From Psilocybe cubensis (Eukaryota): DNA of 64,000 nucleotides. The translations under genes and the position numbers were made by a program. Of the stretch, positions 37,800-52,100 are shown piece by piece. The notes under the pieces are model-generated. The model ran no database searches and was not told where the DNA came from. It worked only from the letters and a program-made list of their open reading frames with translations. Numbering within the stretch: position 1 is the stretch's first letter; every line of letters begins with the position of its first letter. The stretch spans positions 3,348,001 to 3,412,000 of the forward strand of contig CM038999.1 in the NCBI GenBank assembly GCA_017499595.2. Direction: 5' to 3'.

Positions 37800-39576
37800 T
37801 CAAAACTCTCCAGCTCCACCCCCGAAGGATGCCTTCCTCACAGGTGAATGCGACTTTGTAGGACTCACCCTCCCACTTCCTCCGCTGGCCAAGCGAGGCG
37901 TCGAGGGCACGCGACCCAGAGTCTTGTGCGGACTCGCAGGACGCGACTCCGAGCCCTTATTCACCAACGTCGTGTCGCTTTCAGAAACGAGTGTGACAAG
38001 ATCATCGGCCTCGGAAGCAGTGTCTTTCTCCCAGAAGTTCTTCGCGCGGGGTGTAATTGGCACAGCAGCAGCGGAGACGGTGGGGCTTGAGGTCTCAGCT
38101 ACCCCAGCCCCGTCCATGTTTGTTTGCGCCTGAGCAGCGGTGCTGTTAGTCCGGGCCTCTAATATGAGCGCATCCAACGCCTTGCGGAGGGCAGCATCCC
38201 ATGCAACTGCAATCGGCCCCGCTGTCTGATTTTTGATGTTCGCTTCGATAATGAGGTCTCTGATTGTAGGTGAGACTTTTTCCAGCGCCTCGAGTGTCTG
38301 ACTCGGGGAGAGTGGGTGCATGCGTGCTAGGGTCGGGTCATGATATGGCTGCGCGGGCGTAGGTGAGTTGGAAGGCATGATTGAACGGAGAACAGTGTGC
38401 AATATGACGGAAGCTGCATTTGATGTCAACGTAAATTAGACCATATGATTTGGCCTATGGGCGTCACTGATGAGGACGTACCTTCGCGATCAGCGATGGC
38501 GAGCGTGCCATACACCCTCTCCCAAACCGCCTTCTCCAGGGCATCGAGTTGCTTCGACTCCCCGCTTCCGTCCTCACTGAACATCGTTACGAACCGTGGA
38601 TAGACCCTGCTGACAGCGACGCTCATGAACATGAAGACCTGGTGCAGGAATAGGATGTGCTGGTACGGGATGCGATTGGGGAAAATGGTTTGCAAGAACG
38701 ACCTAGGCGCCATATTTCTGGCAAGCGATAGGGCAGCGGTTTCTGATGGTTGGACAGACGAACCAAGGAAAGAGAAAAGGGATGGGGAAGGAGGATGGAT
38801 GCTTGATTGCGAAGCGGGGAATGGTGACAGGATGAAGGACAATTCGCCAGCTAGTAAAGCCGCGAATAAGACGTAGCGCCACTGTCGTAGGTTTTTAAGC
38901 TAAACTTCGGAGGAGGTGGAGTGGATTAACAGTAACTCACGAAGGAGATGACGCTAGGGCGTCCTATAGCGGACATGAAGAGCAAAATGATACCGGCCAC
39001 AATATGGTATCCAGACGATACCAAGAGACCATGCCGCACGAATTCGCGCGTTGTTTTACATTGATTCCGCCACCCTAGGACGTCGGGTCCAAACCTATCA
39101 ATTTGCAGCGAAAAGTATCAAAAACGCGTTAAAATGAATTGTAACACTGTTTCTCACCTGTCATAAGCAAAGCGCACCACAGGGTCCTTGAGTGCCTCAA
39201 AGGCATCCCTCACATACATGAACAGCAGTTCTCCGTCCTTCCCCACACCCGGCTTATCCGGATGATACCTTTTTGCAAACGCTCTGAACGCGAACTTGAG
39301 TCCGTTCTCGTCCACGTCGGGTGGGACACCCAAAATCTGGTAGAAATTTGGTGGCATCGTACGTGCAGATTGAAAGAGGGTGTAGGAGAGGTAAGAGAAA
39401 ATAACCACGGCGTATGTGATGGCATAGTGTCTTCTATGCTTTGGGCTACCTGGTGGAGGCGCAGCGACAATTCGAAATGGGGACTGATAGTACACGAAAT
39501 TGAGAAGGTGTTTAGTGGCAAAGTCGGGGATAAATGTCCACCCGAAGACTGAAAGTAGTAGGTCGGTGGTCCCCAT
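37800..39576 (-). CDS. Membrane-associated J-domain (DnaJ family) protein
   Basis: NFYQILGV...KRYHPDK...AFEALKDPVVRFAYDR (J-domain with HPD), hydrophobic segments and introns. Confidence 0.88.
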
Positions 39577-40144
39577 AGTTAGATTGTACCTTCGCCAAGC
39601 GACGAGCGTATCCTATCTTTTTGTAAAAGATTATAACTCGCTGACCAGAAACACCCTGGTTTGAATCTGAAGTTGAACGAGACCAGAAGTTGTTAGAAGC
39701 AGAAAAGGTGATAAAAGTAGAGCTCCACGTATACAGTGCCAGGGGCGCGCTAGTGGCGGCCACCTGAGAAAATGTCCACAATCCTGGCAGGTGGAAGGGT
39801 GTTGAAATCATAGGGTCCGGAGGTTGAATGGCGTGGACCAAACCTTCCTATTTCGGACGACGTGTCAAGCTTCAAGGTCTCCGGTCAGTTGGAAAGAATT
39901 TGGAAAGAGTAGCTCAAAAAGGTTTTCCCTGTGCTATTCGTGGTCGAAAGCCAAAGTCAGCACTAAATAAATGAGTACCGAGTACTGAGTATTTTCTCAG
40001 TTAAATATGAAGGGCCGATTCAAGGACATAGCCCCTATCTATGTCGCCAGCTGTGGGCGGCAGGTGACTAGCCTTCTCCACTCTTCCAGCATAGCATGAA
40101 GATTGCCTCTTCCACCCCCATATTCACAGTTGCCAGGTGCGAAT

Positions 40145-41261
40145 ATGCCCTCAGATCCTATAACTGTGCTGCCTGCCAGTGACTCAATGGTTACTTTGAC
40201 CCATCGTATGTCTGTTTGTCACAACAGCCCTTGTGTATATAGATAGAAGCCTTGAGGTTACTAACGCGGGGAGAATTGTACAGCGACGACTACTTTATGG
40301 ATTCTAGAGCTCCACAACGGAGTAGATAATCGTCTTTCGCATACGCTCATTAACAAGGGCATAAAGCCTGCTCTTGATGTTGTCGAAAGAGAATGGCGAG
40401 AGCAACGGCAGGCGGGTCGCGAAGACGCCGGTCATGGTGCGCTCATCGTAGTTGGGAGGAGAGACCAAGATAAATTCTTCAGCAACGGTGCGTAATGCGC
40501 CCTGCGTTACGCGCTGATATGTACTTATACTTACTATCCTTAGGTTTGAACTATGAAGAGTCGTTGGCGGACCCCAACTTCTTTCAACAAACCTTCAATC
40601 CTATGTTGACTAGGTTATTAACATTCCCGAGTGTGTTTCCTTGATTTCTTCTTTGTGACTCGGTACTTATACCTCGAGAACATAGTTCCAACTATCGCAG
40701 CAATCAATGGGCACTGCTTTGCAGGTGGTTTCGTACTCGCGCAAGCATGCGACTACAGAGTAATGACCGACGGCTCAACACGTAATGCATGGCTCTGTAT
40801 GAACGAGGTATGTACCTCCAAGGAACGCATGAATGCTGTGGCAATTTTTTCAGCTTTGAGTTAATTAAAGATCCACTTCGGAGCTCCATATCCTCTTTCC
40901 GTGGCCTCGCTCCTAACCTCCAAATATGGGAACACCAATCTGCACCGTAAAATTGCTCTCGAAGGTCACCGTTTTACTCCTCCCGAGGCTCTAAAAGATG
41001 GTGTTATAGACTACATTGTTAAGGGCACAACTAAAGATATCTTGAAAGCAGCCGAGGAGGTCGCAAATCGAGTTTCTGTGAATGCAAAGGCCGGATGTTG
41101 GGGGCTAATCAAGGTAAGATATTCGTTTTCTACAGGTTGGCAGTACTGAGAGCATGTATATATAGCGAAATATATACAAGAAGCTTCTGGACGATGTCAT
41201 ACAAGATATTAGGCTGATAAATCCACTGATAGACGCTGCTGCTGCTAAAGCAAGGCTTTAA
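40145..41261 (+). CDS. Crotonase-fold enoyl-CoA isomerase/hydratase, probably peroxisomal
   Basis: Motifs KFFSNGL, PTIAAINGHCFAGGFVLAQACDYRVM, LCMNE and LEGHRFTPPEAL; C-terminus ...AKARL* (PTS1-like). Confidence 0.88.
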
Positions 41262-41543
41262 GCTCTAAAATGAACGGCAATCGGTCGTACGGATTTGTGC
41301 AGACTGCAGAATAAATTTGTTTGTTATTCCTTTCCCTTGAGGTCCGCAAATTTTGGTTAACACGTGGGTTCCATGCGAATTCTCTGGAAGATGCCCTTGA
41401 AATTCAGCAGATGATGAGGAAATAGAGGGTCCGTTGACTACATCGTCTGTATCCTATAGTACGAATGATCGTGTAAAGTGGCTAGTGAATTAGTTCTAAT
41501 AGTAAATGTCCAATGCTGGTGTAAAAGCAATAGTTGTGCAACA

Positions 41544-42861
41544 TCAGGTCGACGATTGATCATCAACGACGAAGTGAAGCGTCTAATGGTCATGTTATAG
41601 TGGGTTTGTGTATATCAAATATATATGCACTCACCAATGGGGTCACTGCGGAAGGATACTTCGCAAGGAAGGCAGCGGGGTCGGCACCGGCATACAGGAA
41701 GTTACTTTGACTCCAAAGCTTGGTAACAGGAGAAGCTGAAGAGTGTCGTGTTAATTCAAGTACTATGCAAAATTGGTCATGGAGAACAAGGATGGCTTAC
41801 ATCCGTCAGAGTTGATCCATTGAGGGGAAAGATCCCCTGTAGTCAGATCCAAGTTCCACTGTGAAACAGATAGAATAATGTTAGTCCAGTGAAAGAACGG
41901 CATTCAAGGGAACGCACAATATGTGACTCTGCCGCCCTGTTTGATGAATAGCCATTGGGCATAGTTATGGGTACGCTTCCAGGTGATGCTAAAAGCTAAT
42001 CAGCATCCGTATTTCCCAAAGTTTTTCAAATTTACACCCAGGAAGTTCGATCCCGTTGATGTATAGATAGCTGAAACGAAATGTTTAATTCTCTCGGTTT
42101 AATGTCTGACATCCAATAGGATCTTACTTGAATGAACCGGTTGCAATATCAACAGTGGTACTGTCGCGACCTTGAACAAGTCCAAGCAAGGGGCCATCGG
42201 AGTTCTAGCGCAAGATGTTAGGTAGATAAACCAATATTGAAGCCATTCAACTCACGAGCATAGTAATGGCCAGATTTGTGCCAGAGGTGACGCCTTCGTT
42301 CAACGAAAAAGAGATTGTGAGAGCAGATCCCTCAACAGTTCCATAGGTGAACAGCCCACTAGCCCTGTTAGTGGCGTAGATATATCCAAGCGACGTTCCA
42401 TCTGTTTTACGAACTTCAATTTTACCCTGGTAAACAACTTCTTTGGGCTCAGGCTCAGTGGTGGGAGGTTCTGGTTCCTCGGGCTCGGGGACTTGAGGGA
42501 TTGGTGACACTTGTGAACGTGCGGCATGTCCTGTTTAAAATGGGAATAACGAACTGAGAACTTTTTGGAAAAGGAGTACATGAGTTTTCGACTGACCACG
42601 ACGAACGGGAGGCTTGAGAGGAAGACCGCGGCCGAGCCGTTCGGCATTCGTGAGATCCCTATGTTTGAGGGTGGCTGTAGCGGAAGGACACGGCTTTTGC
42701 GGTGTGCTTCGCGCAACCAAGGAGGATTCCACACCAAAGAGTGGCTCTCCACAGATCTCAGCAAGGCATTGAGAGCTATCCGATGCGACGGCTGCATTTG
42801 CAGTCGACAGACCCGCTAAAATCGCCAGAGTCCATAGAGCATATGAAGTGAACAGGCGCAT
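41544..42861 (-). CDS. Secreted protein, TNAxRL family
   Basis: Signal peptide; motifs CLAEIC, LTNAERLGRGLPLKPP, YQGKIEV..SLGYI, PLLGLVQG and WNLDLTTGDLSPQWINSDG. Confidence 0.8.
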
Positions 42862-44229
42862 AGTACTGTAACGTTAAAAGAGTGTGGATGGATAGTCGCT
42901 GTGTCGTGGGCTCTGAACCCGACGAAAAAAGAGTGAGAGTATCAGAAGAAAACCGTGGAGTAAGACTGAACCGGTGGTGTTCAAATGAACTCGCGGCCAT
43001 TATATGAATTTAACAAGGAACAGATTTGATATCGGAGAGTGATGCATCACCAATCTTTTCCGAGTAATCGGTGGAACGAACTGAATCGCAAAATCCGTTG
43101 GATCTGGTATGATAGCCGCTGATAGCCTCTGATAGCCGTCCCAAAGGGAAGCCTGATTAGGAAAGTAATACCATATATATAATATAGACATCCATCACCG
43201 ATTTACCAACACCCACAGTAAACAAAGACATATGGCTTTGCGTTTGATGGATGCCGTCGATCGTGCCTTGAGTAGATGAAAATTAAATTTTTGCCGAATA
43301 TTTGAAGATATTTGACTACCTCGATAAGTACCCTTGAGCACCCTTGAGCACCAGACTGGAATATTCTCGTATGACGCTCGTTGAATTACGTTGGAGGAAG
43401 CTATCGTTGGCGTATTGGGCCTCTTCACGCAGTTCATAAAAGTCAAGCTGAAGGTGGAACGCCCTGTCACATTAAAGGGTGAGTATACCTGGCATAATGC
43501 AAACATCAAAGCATTTCATCTACCTCTAGACATTTCTTTGTACTTACGGTAAGATAATTATAACCCCTGGGACCCAATTAAAGTACTTAGGCGACCCCTG
43601 GCGCTCACCAAGCGCTCACTTGGCATCTGCACTTCGACTCCCTGAAGTAGCTGTACGTATGTATCACAATACACATCAAAGGTAAGTTGTAAGGTTTGCG
43701 CCAAATACAGTCAAATTTTCACGGCACCGCTATCCACTTCACTCAGGAGAGAATATCATTGCTCCTGAGTTCTGATATGGTTGAAGACAATCGCACCACA
43801 CTTATTAAGCTTCATAATGTGCTTATGTGACAGGGGAAATGTGATCCTGTTCATAAATAATGCCGTTCTCAATTGGTATAGTGATATACCAAATGGAACT
43901 ATATGGAACTGGATTTGACCAGAACAACATGGAAGGACAACTATACAAAGAAAATCAGTTGACGATGATTCCAGATAAACCAAAGTGACTTATAAATAGA
44001 AAAATTGCACTGGATACCTTTCCTTAAAGCTCAGAACTTCCTCCTGCGGAAATATAACCTGATTGACCCCAGGTTTTGTTTGTTAACGTGGCTTACAAAC
44101 AAACCAACGCGTTATGGGAATTCTAGACATGAAAACAAGGATTGTAACGAAACTCACTTCCATCATTATTTGTCTATTGGAGGGTGAATATACCACTAAA
44201 TGGAATATTAACTTTCTTCGATAAGAAAA

Positions 44230-44780
44230 CTCAAGCAAGCGGTGGGCGCGCTTCCTAGCGGATACGATATTATAGCTGGAGCTGACTATTGGATATGCAG
44301 TTTTTCTTACCGTCATGGTCAACGACACCCAAGTCTCAGTCTTACTCCCAACATCCATCGGAAAGGCGGCATTCACAGCATCCGTTGCTTCCGCTCCATG
44401 TTGGAACATGCTGTAAATCTTACGGTAGAACTATAGCCAAGACTCCGGCCGTTTGACAGCTGAACGACTTCAATCATCGCTTCGCAGGTCTCTTGCGGAG
44501 TGGATGATCAGGGTTATCTGATTACAGGCGCGGTAAGTACCCGGAAGTGAATAATGCACGAAAGTACGCGTACTCTTCATCGCGACGAACAGGTGAGTTG
44601 AGGCAGGCCCCAGGTGCTACGCTGGACTACGGTGATGTGAGGGTGTGCAATATCTTCACAGATCTCTGCCAAGCATTCCGTGCCCGTCATGAAGCTGACC
44701 CTAGGTCGAAGGGCGGAAGTGGTGCTGATGTTGCTGAATGAGATGGCTATAAACCAATAAGAAAAGATGCAAAGGAGTGA
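44230..44780 (-). pseudogene. Degenerate paralog of the TNAxRL secreted family
   Basis: CLAEICE and PQETCEAMIEVVQLSNGRSLGY match the neighbours. In-frame TGA at 44577, no ATG at the signal-like segment, TNAxRL motif absent. 3' extent uncertain. Confidence 0.6.
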
Positions 44781-45171
44781 TGCTAAAAGGGATGTGGGCT
44801 GTAACAGGATCGGTAGGGGAAAAACACGATAATGGAGGGTTAAAAGACCACCTTTGAGCCTTTTATACATGGATATACAAGCTTGTTATTTGACCTCGTA
44901 TTTTTCAAATTATCAAAGCAAATAGGTGATATATTTGTCAGGAAGGATACCGAACCATTGGGTCATGCGGTGAAGACGCCTATATACCAAAAAGAAATCA
45001 ACATCGTCATAGAGGACACCAAAAATCACATACCTTGGAGAACATTGCCCTCCGACCATGAAGAACACCAGCGTAGAAAGTCAACACTAGTAACAAGAAA
45101 TAAAACGGCTTGTTTCCCTAGTTTCAAACCAAAACACTCAATGCCAGATGTGCTAAGTCAATAATCATCTT

Positions 45172-45213
45172 TGAAGAAGTCATGATTGAGCGTGAAGAAG
45201 TCATGATTGAGCG
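45172..45213. repeat. 21-bp tandem duplication
   Basis: TGAAGAAGTCATGATTGAGCG occurs twice. Confidence 0.95.
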
Positions 45214-45433
45214 AGAAAATCGGGTCCATTCGTAAATATTGGTTTTAAGAAACAATACATTCAATACAAAATGATCTTGAAAATCATAAATATATGCTTA
45301 TCGAACCTACAACTGTACTTGTAAACAATCAATACAAATGCCTAAGACACGGCGTCGCACCGTATCAGGTGGTGAAATGGTATACAGTAGAACTTGTAAA
45401 CCACACATATTATAACTTTAAGCACGAGAAGGT

Positions 45434-46702
45434 CTATGAGGGTGTTTGAGGAACGAAGTGAAGAGACTGTTGTGCCATCGTCAACTGTCGATGTCGATAG
45501 TCAATGAACCCAAGAAATACTCACGATTAACGACAAAGGATATATGGGAAACAAATCTTGGTAAAGGTCGGGGTTGCCTCCTGCGTACAGGAAGTTAAAT
45601 TGCACCCAAGTGTGAATTGGGGTGGCCGGTTCTGCGACGCGCTCAGTGCTTTAGAGACAGGGAGCATACGGATAAGTGAACTTACTTCCATCTGAATTAG
45701 TCCAAACAACAGAAAGCTGACCCGTGACAAGGTCAACGGTCCACTGAGTCAAAGCAAGAATTAGCCATAACGATATTGTAATGGTAGAAAATCCGAAACA
45801 AACCACACTAGACTCTGCCGTCCTGGGTTCCCCTGTCCTTAACGTGAATGTATTGGGCAATTCTGTGGGAACACTCCCAGGAGGAGCTGAAGACATGTAA
45901 TTAACACGGTGATAAGGTGACTTGACTCGGAGGTAGGCTTACATCCTGGAAGACCGATTCCATTAAAATACAAGTAGCTGCTCGAAGTGATCAATGGCGC
46001 ATTCAGAGTCACTAGGAACAAAATTACTTAGCGCTGCCGGAACTAAGATCAGAACCGTTGTTCTCTCGCCCTTGAACCAGGCCCAATAATGGGCCATCTG
46101 CATTCTATGGAATCAAACCGTCATTGGACTGCGATAGAACAGCAAACAAGAAAATCGCACATTCATTTCGAACCCGATTCCAGAACCAAAAGTTGCACCA
46201 ACATCCAAAGAGAAAGTTACAATCAGGGCATGCTCAACCTCTGGCCTAATCCTGAATACGCCGCTGGCTCTTTGTCGAAAGGATATGTAACCTAGAGAAC
46301 TTGAATCCGTCAAATTTCTGACTTCGATGAGACCTTCGTAGGTGGTTTGCGGCACGGGGGATACCTGCGGCCGAGCTACAAGCAGGAGCTGTGAATCCAA
46401 GAGAAGATAGAGTGTATTCGTTATTTACCATCGGCGCGACGCGATTTTGGAGGGTTGAGGGGAAGTCCGAGGGCGAGCCGCATTGCGTTTGTCAATCGTC
46501 GTGTGGTGCGAGTGGGCCTTTTAGCTTCAGAGGAGTAGTGGCGGATTGCAGCCGGGTTCATTAATTGCTCGTCGCAGATTTCCGCTGGACAAAGGTCACC
46601 GTCATCGTCGTCAAACATCGTTGAGTAAAGGGATAACGCATTGGTTGCGATAGAACCCAACAACAAACCGACGAGCCACAAGGAGAGTGGGAAAATGCGC
46701 AT
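45434..46702 (-). CDS. Secreted protein, TNAxRL family
   Basis: Signal peptide; motifs CPAEIC, LTNAMRLALGLPLNPP, YEGLIEV..SLGYI, PLLGLVQG, YLYFNG and WTVDLVTGQLSVVWTNSDG. Confidence 0.8.
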
Positions 46703-47312
46703 GGTGTAGAGCAATGGGGTATTGGATTAAAGTCGCGGAGGACTTTAAATTTCCCAAGTTGGTACATCGTCGGACAGATCCTAGATAGGAATATCACGGT
46801 CGCAGAACACTCATGCTCCACTCTGGTTCTGAGACAGTAGGACCATGACGCTGGAGAGAATCCGCAGAGAATAAAAGTAGGTATGGAGGGGGAAAACATC
46901 TGAGATCAATGGATAGTCCAAGGTACAGTCGGGGGATAACTGATACCACTGCAATGAACCACTACGGAATGCATGATATAGGTATAGTTAAGTGAGACAC
47001 TGTGGAGGACGACCAAATCTGAGAACCCACTGCGTTGGTAGAGACAAGTGTCCTTGGATAGATACAGAAGTCAAGAGTTTTTTATTTATCTTTCTTCTTT
47101 AAAGGGTTTTGAGTATGTATGTGGCCACCAGGGAGCAAAGAAGAAAGCCATCAGTCGTTACTTCACCAATGCGACCGTTTGTCGTGGGAAAGAATGTCAA
47201 CGCGGGGTGGTGATCTGCCAACAAGCACAAACAACGCGTACCTTGACCATGAACCACGACAACGATCCTACGACCTGAATACCGCATTTCCAGGAGTACC
47301 TTGCGTGCTAAC

Positions 47313-48745
47313 ATGGAACAACAAGTGCATGCATCTTCACAGTCACGATTATCCACCATTTTAGAACCCCAGGGCACACTCACCCCATCAAAGATCGCAA
47401 ATGTACCGCCTTCTTACCGTCTTCTTTACCGCGGGGCCTTATCGTTACCTGACTCTCTACTTGTTCTTGACGGTCTTACCTTTGCAGCTCGGCTAGACTC
47501 GCCTTCCAAACAAAGCACATCTCATCTCTTAGAAAACCCACTGGCGTTGGCGTTGGAAAGTATGCGTGGACGGCCGACTTTACGTTTGATGGGCACGATC
47601 GCATTGAAGGATGTGTATATGGATGAAAGTGGGAAGGTAGAAATGTGCGTCGTATGGAAAACGATGTAACGCAGGTGTTTACTATGACCTAGGGACATTC
47701 ACCCACTTGCTACCTTGTCGCAAATCTATTTCGAGAATATGTTTTGTTTGCAACCATTCTCTTCGGCTTCGACGTCAAAAGATCCGCTTCCAGAACGGTC
47801 TGTTATTGGCGTTAAAGTTGCTCTCGGAGACAGCAGTATGTAAATTAATCCTACAAGTCATATTTCGCTCATGCCTTTACAGATGGACCTGAAACAACTC
47901 AGGTCGTTATTTTTGCACAAGTTTCTCGATTTTCCGACGAGAAAAAGGTCATCAGATTACAAGTAGGACGCATCGCACCGCGGCCATTACCTCAACATTC
48001 CCTACCACGTCCTCCGAGACCAGATGACCCAATACCTCGCAAACCTCCGGCATTCTTTATTCGCGACCTTAAGCGAGGTGGCAGTCTAGGCAACCTCAAG
48101 CGCGTGGCGAGCGGCAGTACAGTTGGTGGAGGGCCTTTGAAAAGGCAAAAAACTGCTGGAATAGCAGCCGATCTGGGAAGTGGGGTACGGTTGGGTGCTG
48201 TTGACGTCGAAGGGGACAGGGTCTTCAAAGTTCCGGAGCTACCGAAGCAGGTTAAACCTACCGCGAAAGGCAAGGAAAAAGAACGAGACGTGTTCGGAGA
48301 CGTTTCAGAGGTTCAACGTGCAACTGTTGTGAAAGGCAAAACAAAGTCAGACGATACCCAAAACGAGGCGGCGTTCGAGAAGGCAAATAAAAACGTAAGC
48401 AACCCGCTTAATCGCTTCTTTTTTGTTTCTTTTTACTAATCGACCGACAGGCCATAAAGAAATCTACGACGGAATATCTTGCTCGTACGAAGGACCCCAC
48501 TGGTTTCATTGTCAAAAGCCACCCCGACTTCAAGGAGCTCTTCAACTTTGTCTATCGCGGGGTCTGCTTTGCATTAGTGAGTTATGCTCCGAACATCATA
48601 TCATTTTCCTTACTGTTTTTAATTCCAGCGTGTGAAGATGCGTTCGTGCACCGTCGACGCAGCCCTCATAAATCGCCTCATTGACGTGCATGCTGTGATG
48701 TACTTAGGGGGTCATGGCGGTTCAGCCGATGGACAAGGAACTTGA
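47313..48745 (+). CDS. Conserved fungal protein, C-terminus resembling the Sld7 C-terminal domain
   Basis: Spliced ORF with PRPPRPDDPIPRKPP and C-terminal EKANKN..HPDFKELFNFVYRGVCFAL..INRLIDVHAVMY. The domain call is from recall only. Confidence 0.55.
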
Positions 48746-49105
48746 GACCTCCTCTGATTTGCCTCGACTTTGACTTCCTTGGACAAACTAATTTATCGTA
48801 GCACTCAATTTTTCTAAACACATGCCCGTTGCTCCATGATCAGAATCGTCAAATTATTTCAACTAATGAAACTGGAGGGGGACTAATTATAAATGAATGT
48901 TCCTGAGAGCCTGACGTCTTCTCCATCAAGCGAGCGTATTTTCCCATGTAGAGGCGCTCATCACTGCTTTATAAGTTGGACCCCAACTACACCTCTACTC
49001 GTATTTCTCTATTGTCGTTGAGACCGTTATCGTGCCCCTACTCTATCCATCCCGTCCGTATACCTAATCACACACCGGTGTGCCAACGCTACTCAGGACC
49101 AGATC

Positions 49106-52100
49106 ATGGTCTCGCCAACTGTAAAGTTGAACAATAGGTCCTCCTTCAATTCCATGCAAGCGACACCGAGTCATATGCTGGTTCCCATCGACACCCTCAC
49201 CAGTTCACCAACGTCGAGCACCGGGTCGGCCTCCATCTTGGACTGGAATTCTAACTCTGACGGCGAGCTGCTCCAGCTATCGTCTCCGGGCACCTTAACA
49301 GCGACGCCCTCGCCTCCACCTGGTACCCTCTCGCCCTCAATTGTCTTTTCGTTGCCTCTGGCAGACGATAGCAGGCTCGAGACGCCGTCGGACCTAGAAG
49401 ACCCCTTCCTGGAACAGTGGGAGATGACTGCCCCCTTCTTCAACGAGGAGGCGGGAGCAGCGCCCATCATCCGTAGAGGTGACAGCGGTGCTGTGGCTGA
49501 TGACGACAACACTGCCCCTGTTGATTCGGAGGCAGTGAAGCCAATCAACTCTATCCTCCCTCAGCCTTGGGAACAATTATTTCGAATCAGAACTGCTTTA
49601 GAATCATTGTCGTTCTCTTCCTCAGATGGAAATCACTCCCCGCGGTTTGTTGATGATGATGGTGAAAGCGCCCCGACCCCAAGCTACACAAATCCAGATT
49701 CCTCCATTGCCAGTACCATAATTATGCCTCACTTGCCGGATTCGTTGGGTTCGGCTTCCATGGCAACTACCACAAAGACGAGAAATGGAGGTGTGATCGA
49801 AACCCCGTCAATTCCTCATAGTCCAGTGATTGAAGTGGCCCACCCCACCGTACCCAACCATAACATTTCTTCTGCCATGTCTTCCGACCCCTCCACCACA
49901 ACTCCAGCTGTAGCGCTGTCCACGGAGGAAGTTGAACCAGAGGCTATCTCTATCGGCGAATACCTCCAACGTAAAGCTCTGTCTGCCGACGACCTGGCTA
50001 TTAGAGCACCAAGCCCTGGTGTGGAACCCTCAACGAGGCCCTCAAGTACTAACTCTGGTTTGAGCTACTTCAGTCAGCCCATCTCTCCCGTCATCCAAAG
50101 TGTGCATGCCTCTACAGTTGAGGTAAACCAAGGAAATGACCAGAACCATAGTAACCACGCCGATGCCGAAGAAGTCGCCCAGTCATCCCCTCGCACTACA
50201 GAAAGGGCGGCCACGCCCACAGAGCACAGTATTCTTTCATGGAAACCTGCTCAGGTTTCACCTATCTCGGAGAGAGGACAGATGCCCTATCACTGCGTAA
50301 ACAATCTGCTTTGTCGATTAACCAGGGAAGAGAATGCTCCTATGGTACACTCAAATAGACCGCCGGTATGGCCACCTTCTCCTCCACTGTTGTATCCTAA
50401 CAGTCCAAATGATGATCTTCCGGCAAAATTGAGCCCAAGGAATAGTCCTACAGAGGGTTCTGCTCCTGCTTCTGTGTCCAGTTCTCCTGCAAGCACTCGT
50501 CGGGCGCCTATTCTACCTAGTGTTAACTACGCGATTCGCAGTGCACCCATTCCTAGGGTGTCAAAGCCATCAATTTCTCGAGGTTCCCGATTCTCCTTGT
50601 CGCCTGAATTCCCCCGCCACACCATGCCCGACTTTGAAATCCTTTCTGTTCAATCTGAACAGAATCCAATGCGCTCGCAATCTGAGATGTCGGATATCAT
50701 ATCATCGTTTAGGAACTCGGTTAACATTTCTGCACCTCATGAGGAACATGGGTCACCTGTTGGCGTCTCGCGTCCCTTGCCTCGTTCCGCATTCTCCGCT
50801 AGTCCGGAATCCTTTCATCAAGAGTTGGAGGTTCCTCAGAGTCCTGTTTCTAGCATCCCTCAGTGGTTGGCTGATTCTTCCAGGTCGAGCCATTTCCGCG
50901 CTTCGGAGACGACACCGGCCACTAATCATGTACCGAGATCGAGACCGCCATTGCCTCCTGTTCCTGTCTCGAAAGTGGAAACTGAACCCACACCACAATT
51001 TGCCCTCCGTTCTGACCTGGCGAGGAGTCCGCAAACTCAACATGAGTACTTTGCAGAGGCGATGCCCTCGGGATGGGGTGTTCGTATTCTACCTACTCCA
51101 CCTCCGCCACCTTTCAGTCCTCAGATAACTGTGGACGAAGCGGTTTGGCATTCTCCAGCAACGTCAGCCGACACCCCCATTTCCCCTCCGCCCCCTGCCT
51201 TACCTTCTGTTACTTCATATATGCCCTCTGGAACAAATGATTGGCAATGGCCATCCACTAACCCTCCGCTGAACAACCCTGCTCCTCCACCGAGACCGCC
51301 ACCTGTTTTTTGTAGCCCCACTTGGCAGCGCACTCCATTCCAAGGCGGTCAGGGTTCTTCTGCTCAGTATACAGGCTCAACATTGCCTCGAGACCGTAAG
51401 TTGCCCGCTCCAGCATCTCCAAACTGGGAGCTACCTCCTCGCAGACTAAGATTCGCGCCTTTGCCTACGCCATCCCAAGGGGCGGGCCGGGTTGGCCTCG
51501 GTATCGGACCCACTCCAGTAGCAGTGTCGTTTGGCACCCTACCGTCCTCCAACTTTTACAGCAATCCGAGTTATATATACCACGGACCATATGCGCATTC
51601 GCCTGTAATACCTCAGCTCTACCCTAACCCCCCTTTGCCCAATGTGAATCCGCAGCCAGCTATCCCATTGAATGTTTTCTCCAATAATACATATCCTTCA
51701 AGTAAGAAGTACTGGTTTTCCGATGCCACCGTTGTCTTCCGAGTAAGTCCAATCATGGTTTATTTGTTACAAATCAAAGTCTAATTCGCTCGCAGGTTGA
51801 GGACTGTTTATATAGGGTTCATCGCCACTTCTTTGATCGTCATTCGGACACGTTGAGTAGAATGTTGGCTACGTATTGGTTTGACCCGACGAACCATGTT
51901 TTCCTTCCTGACGTTAAGAAGATCGAGTTCGAACGGCTGCTTTCTATTTTCTATCCTACGTAAGTTTTGCTTTTCGTCTTGATTTTTCTTCCATCTGACA
52001 ATATCTTTCGGGAATGCAGCGACCTTACAAAACCTGATATAACGACTGTGTCTGGCTGGACATCTATTCTAGCTCTGGGACAGAAGTGGCAAATGATCCA

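Noticed and set aside
46740-47100. Possible snoRNA/ncRNA between divergent genes
   Set aside because: CTGA motifs are present, but I could not identify a convincing C box, terminal stem or guide sequence.
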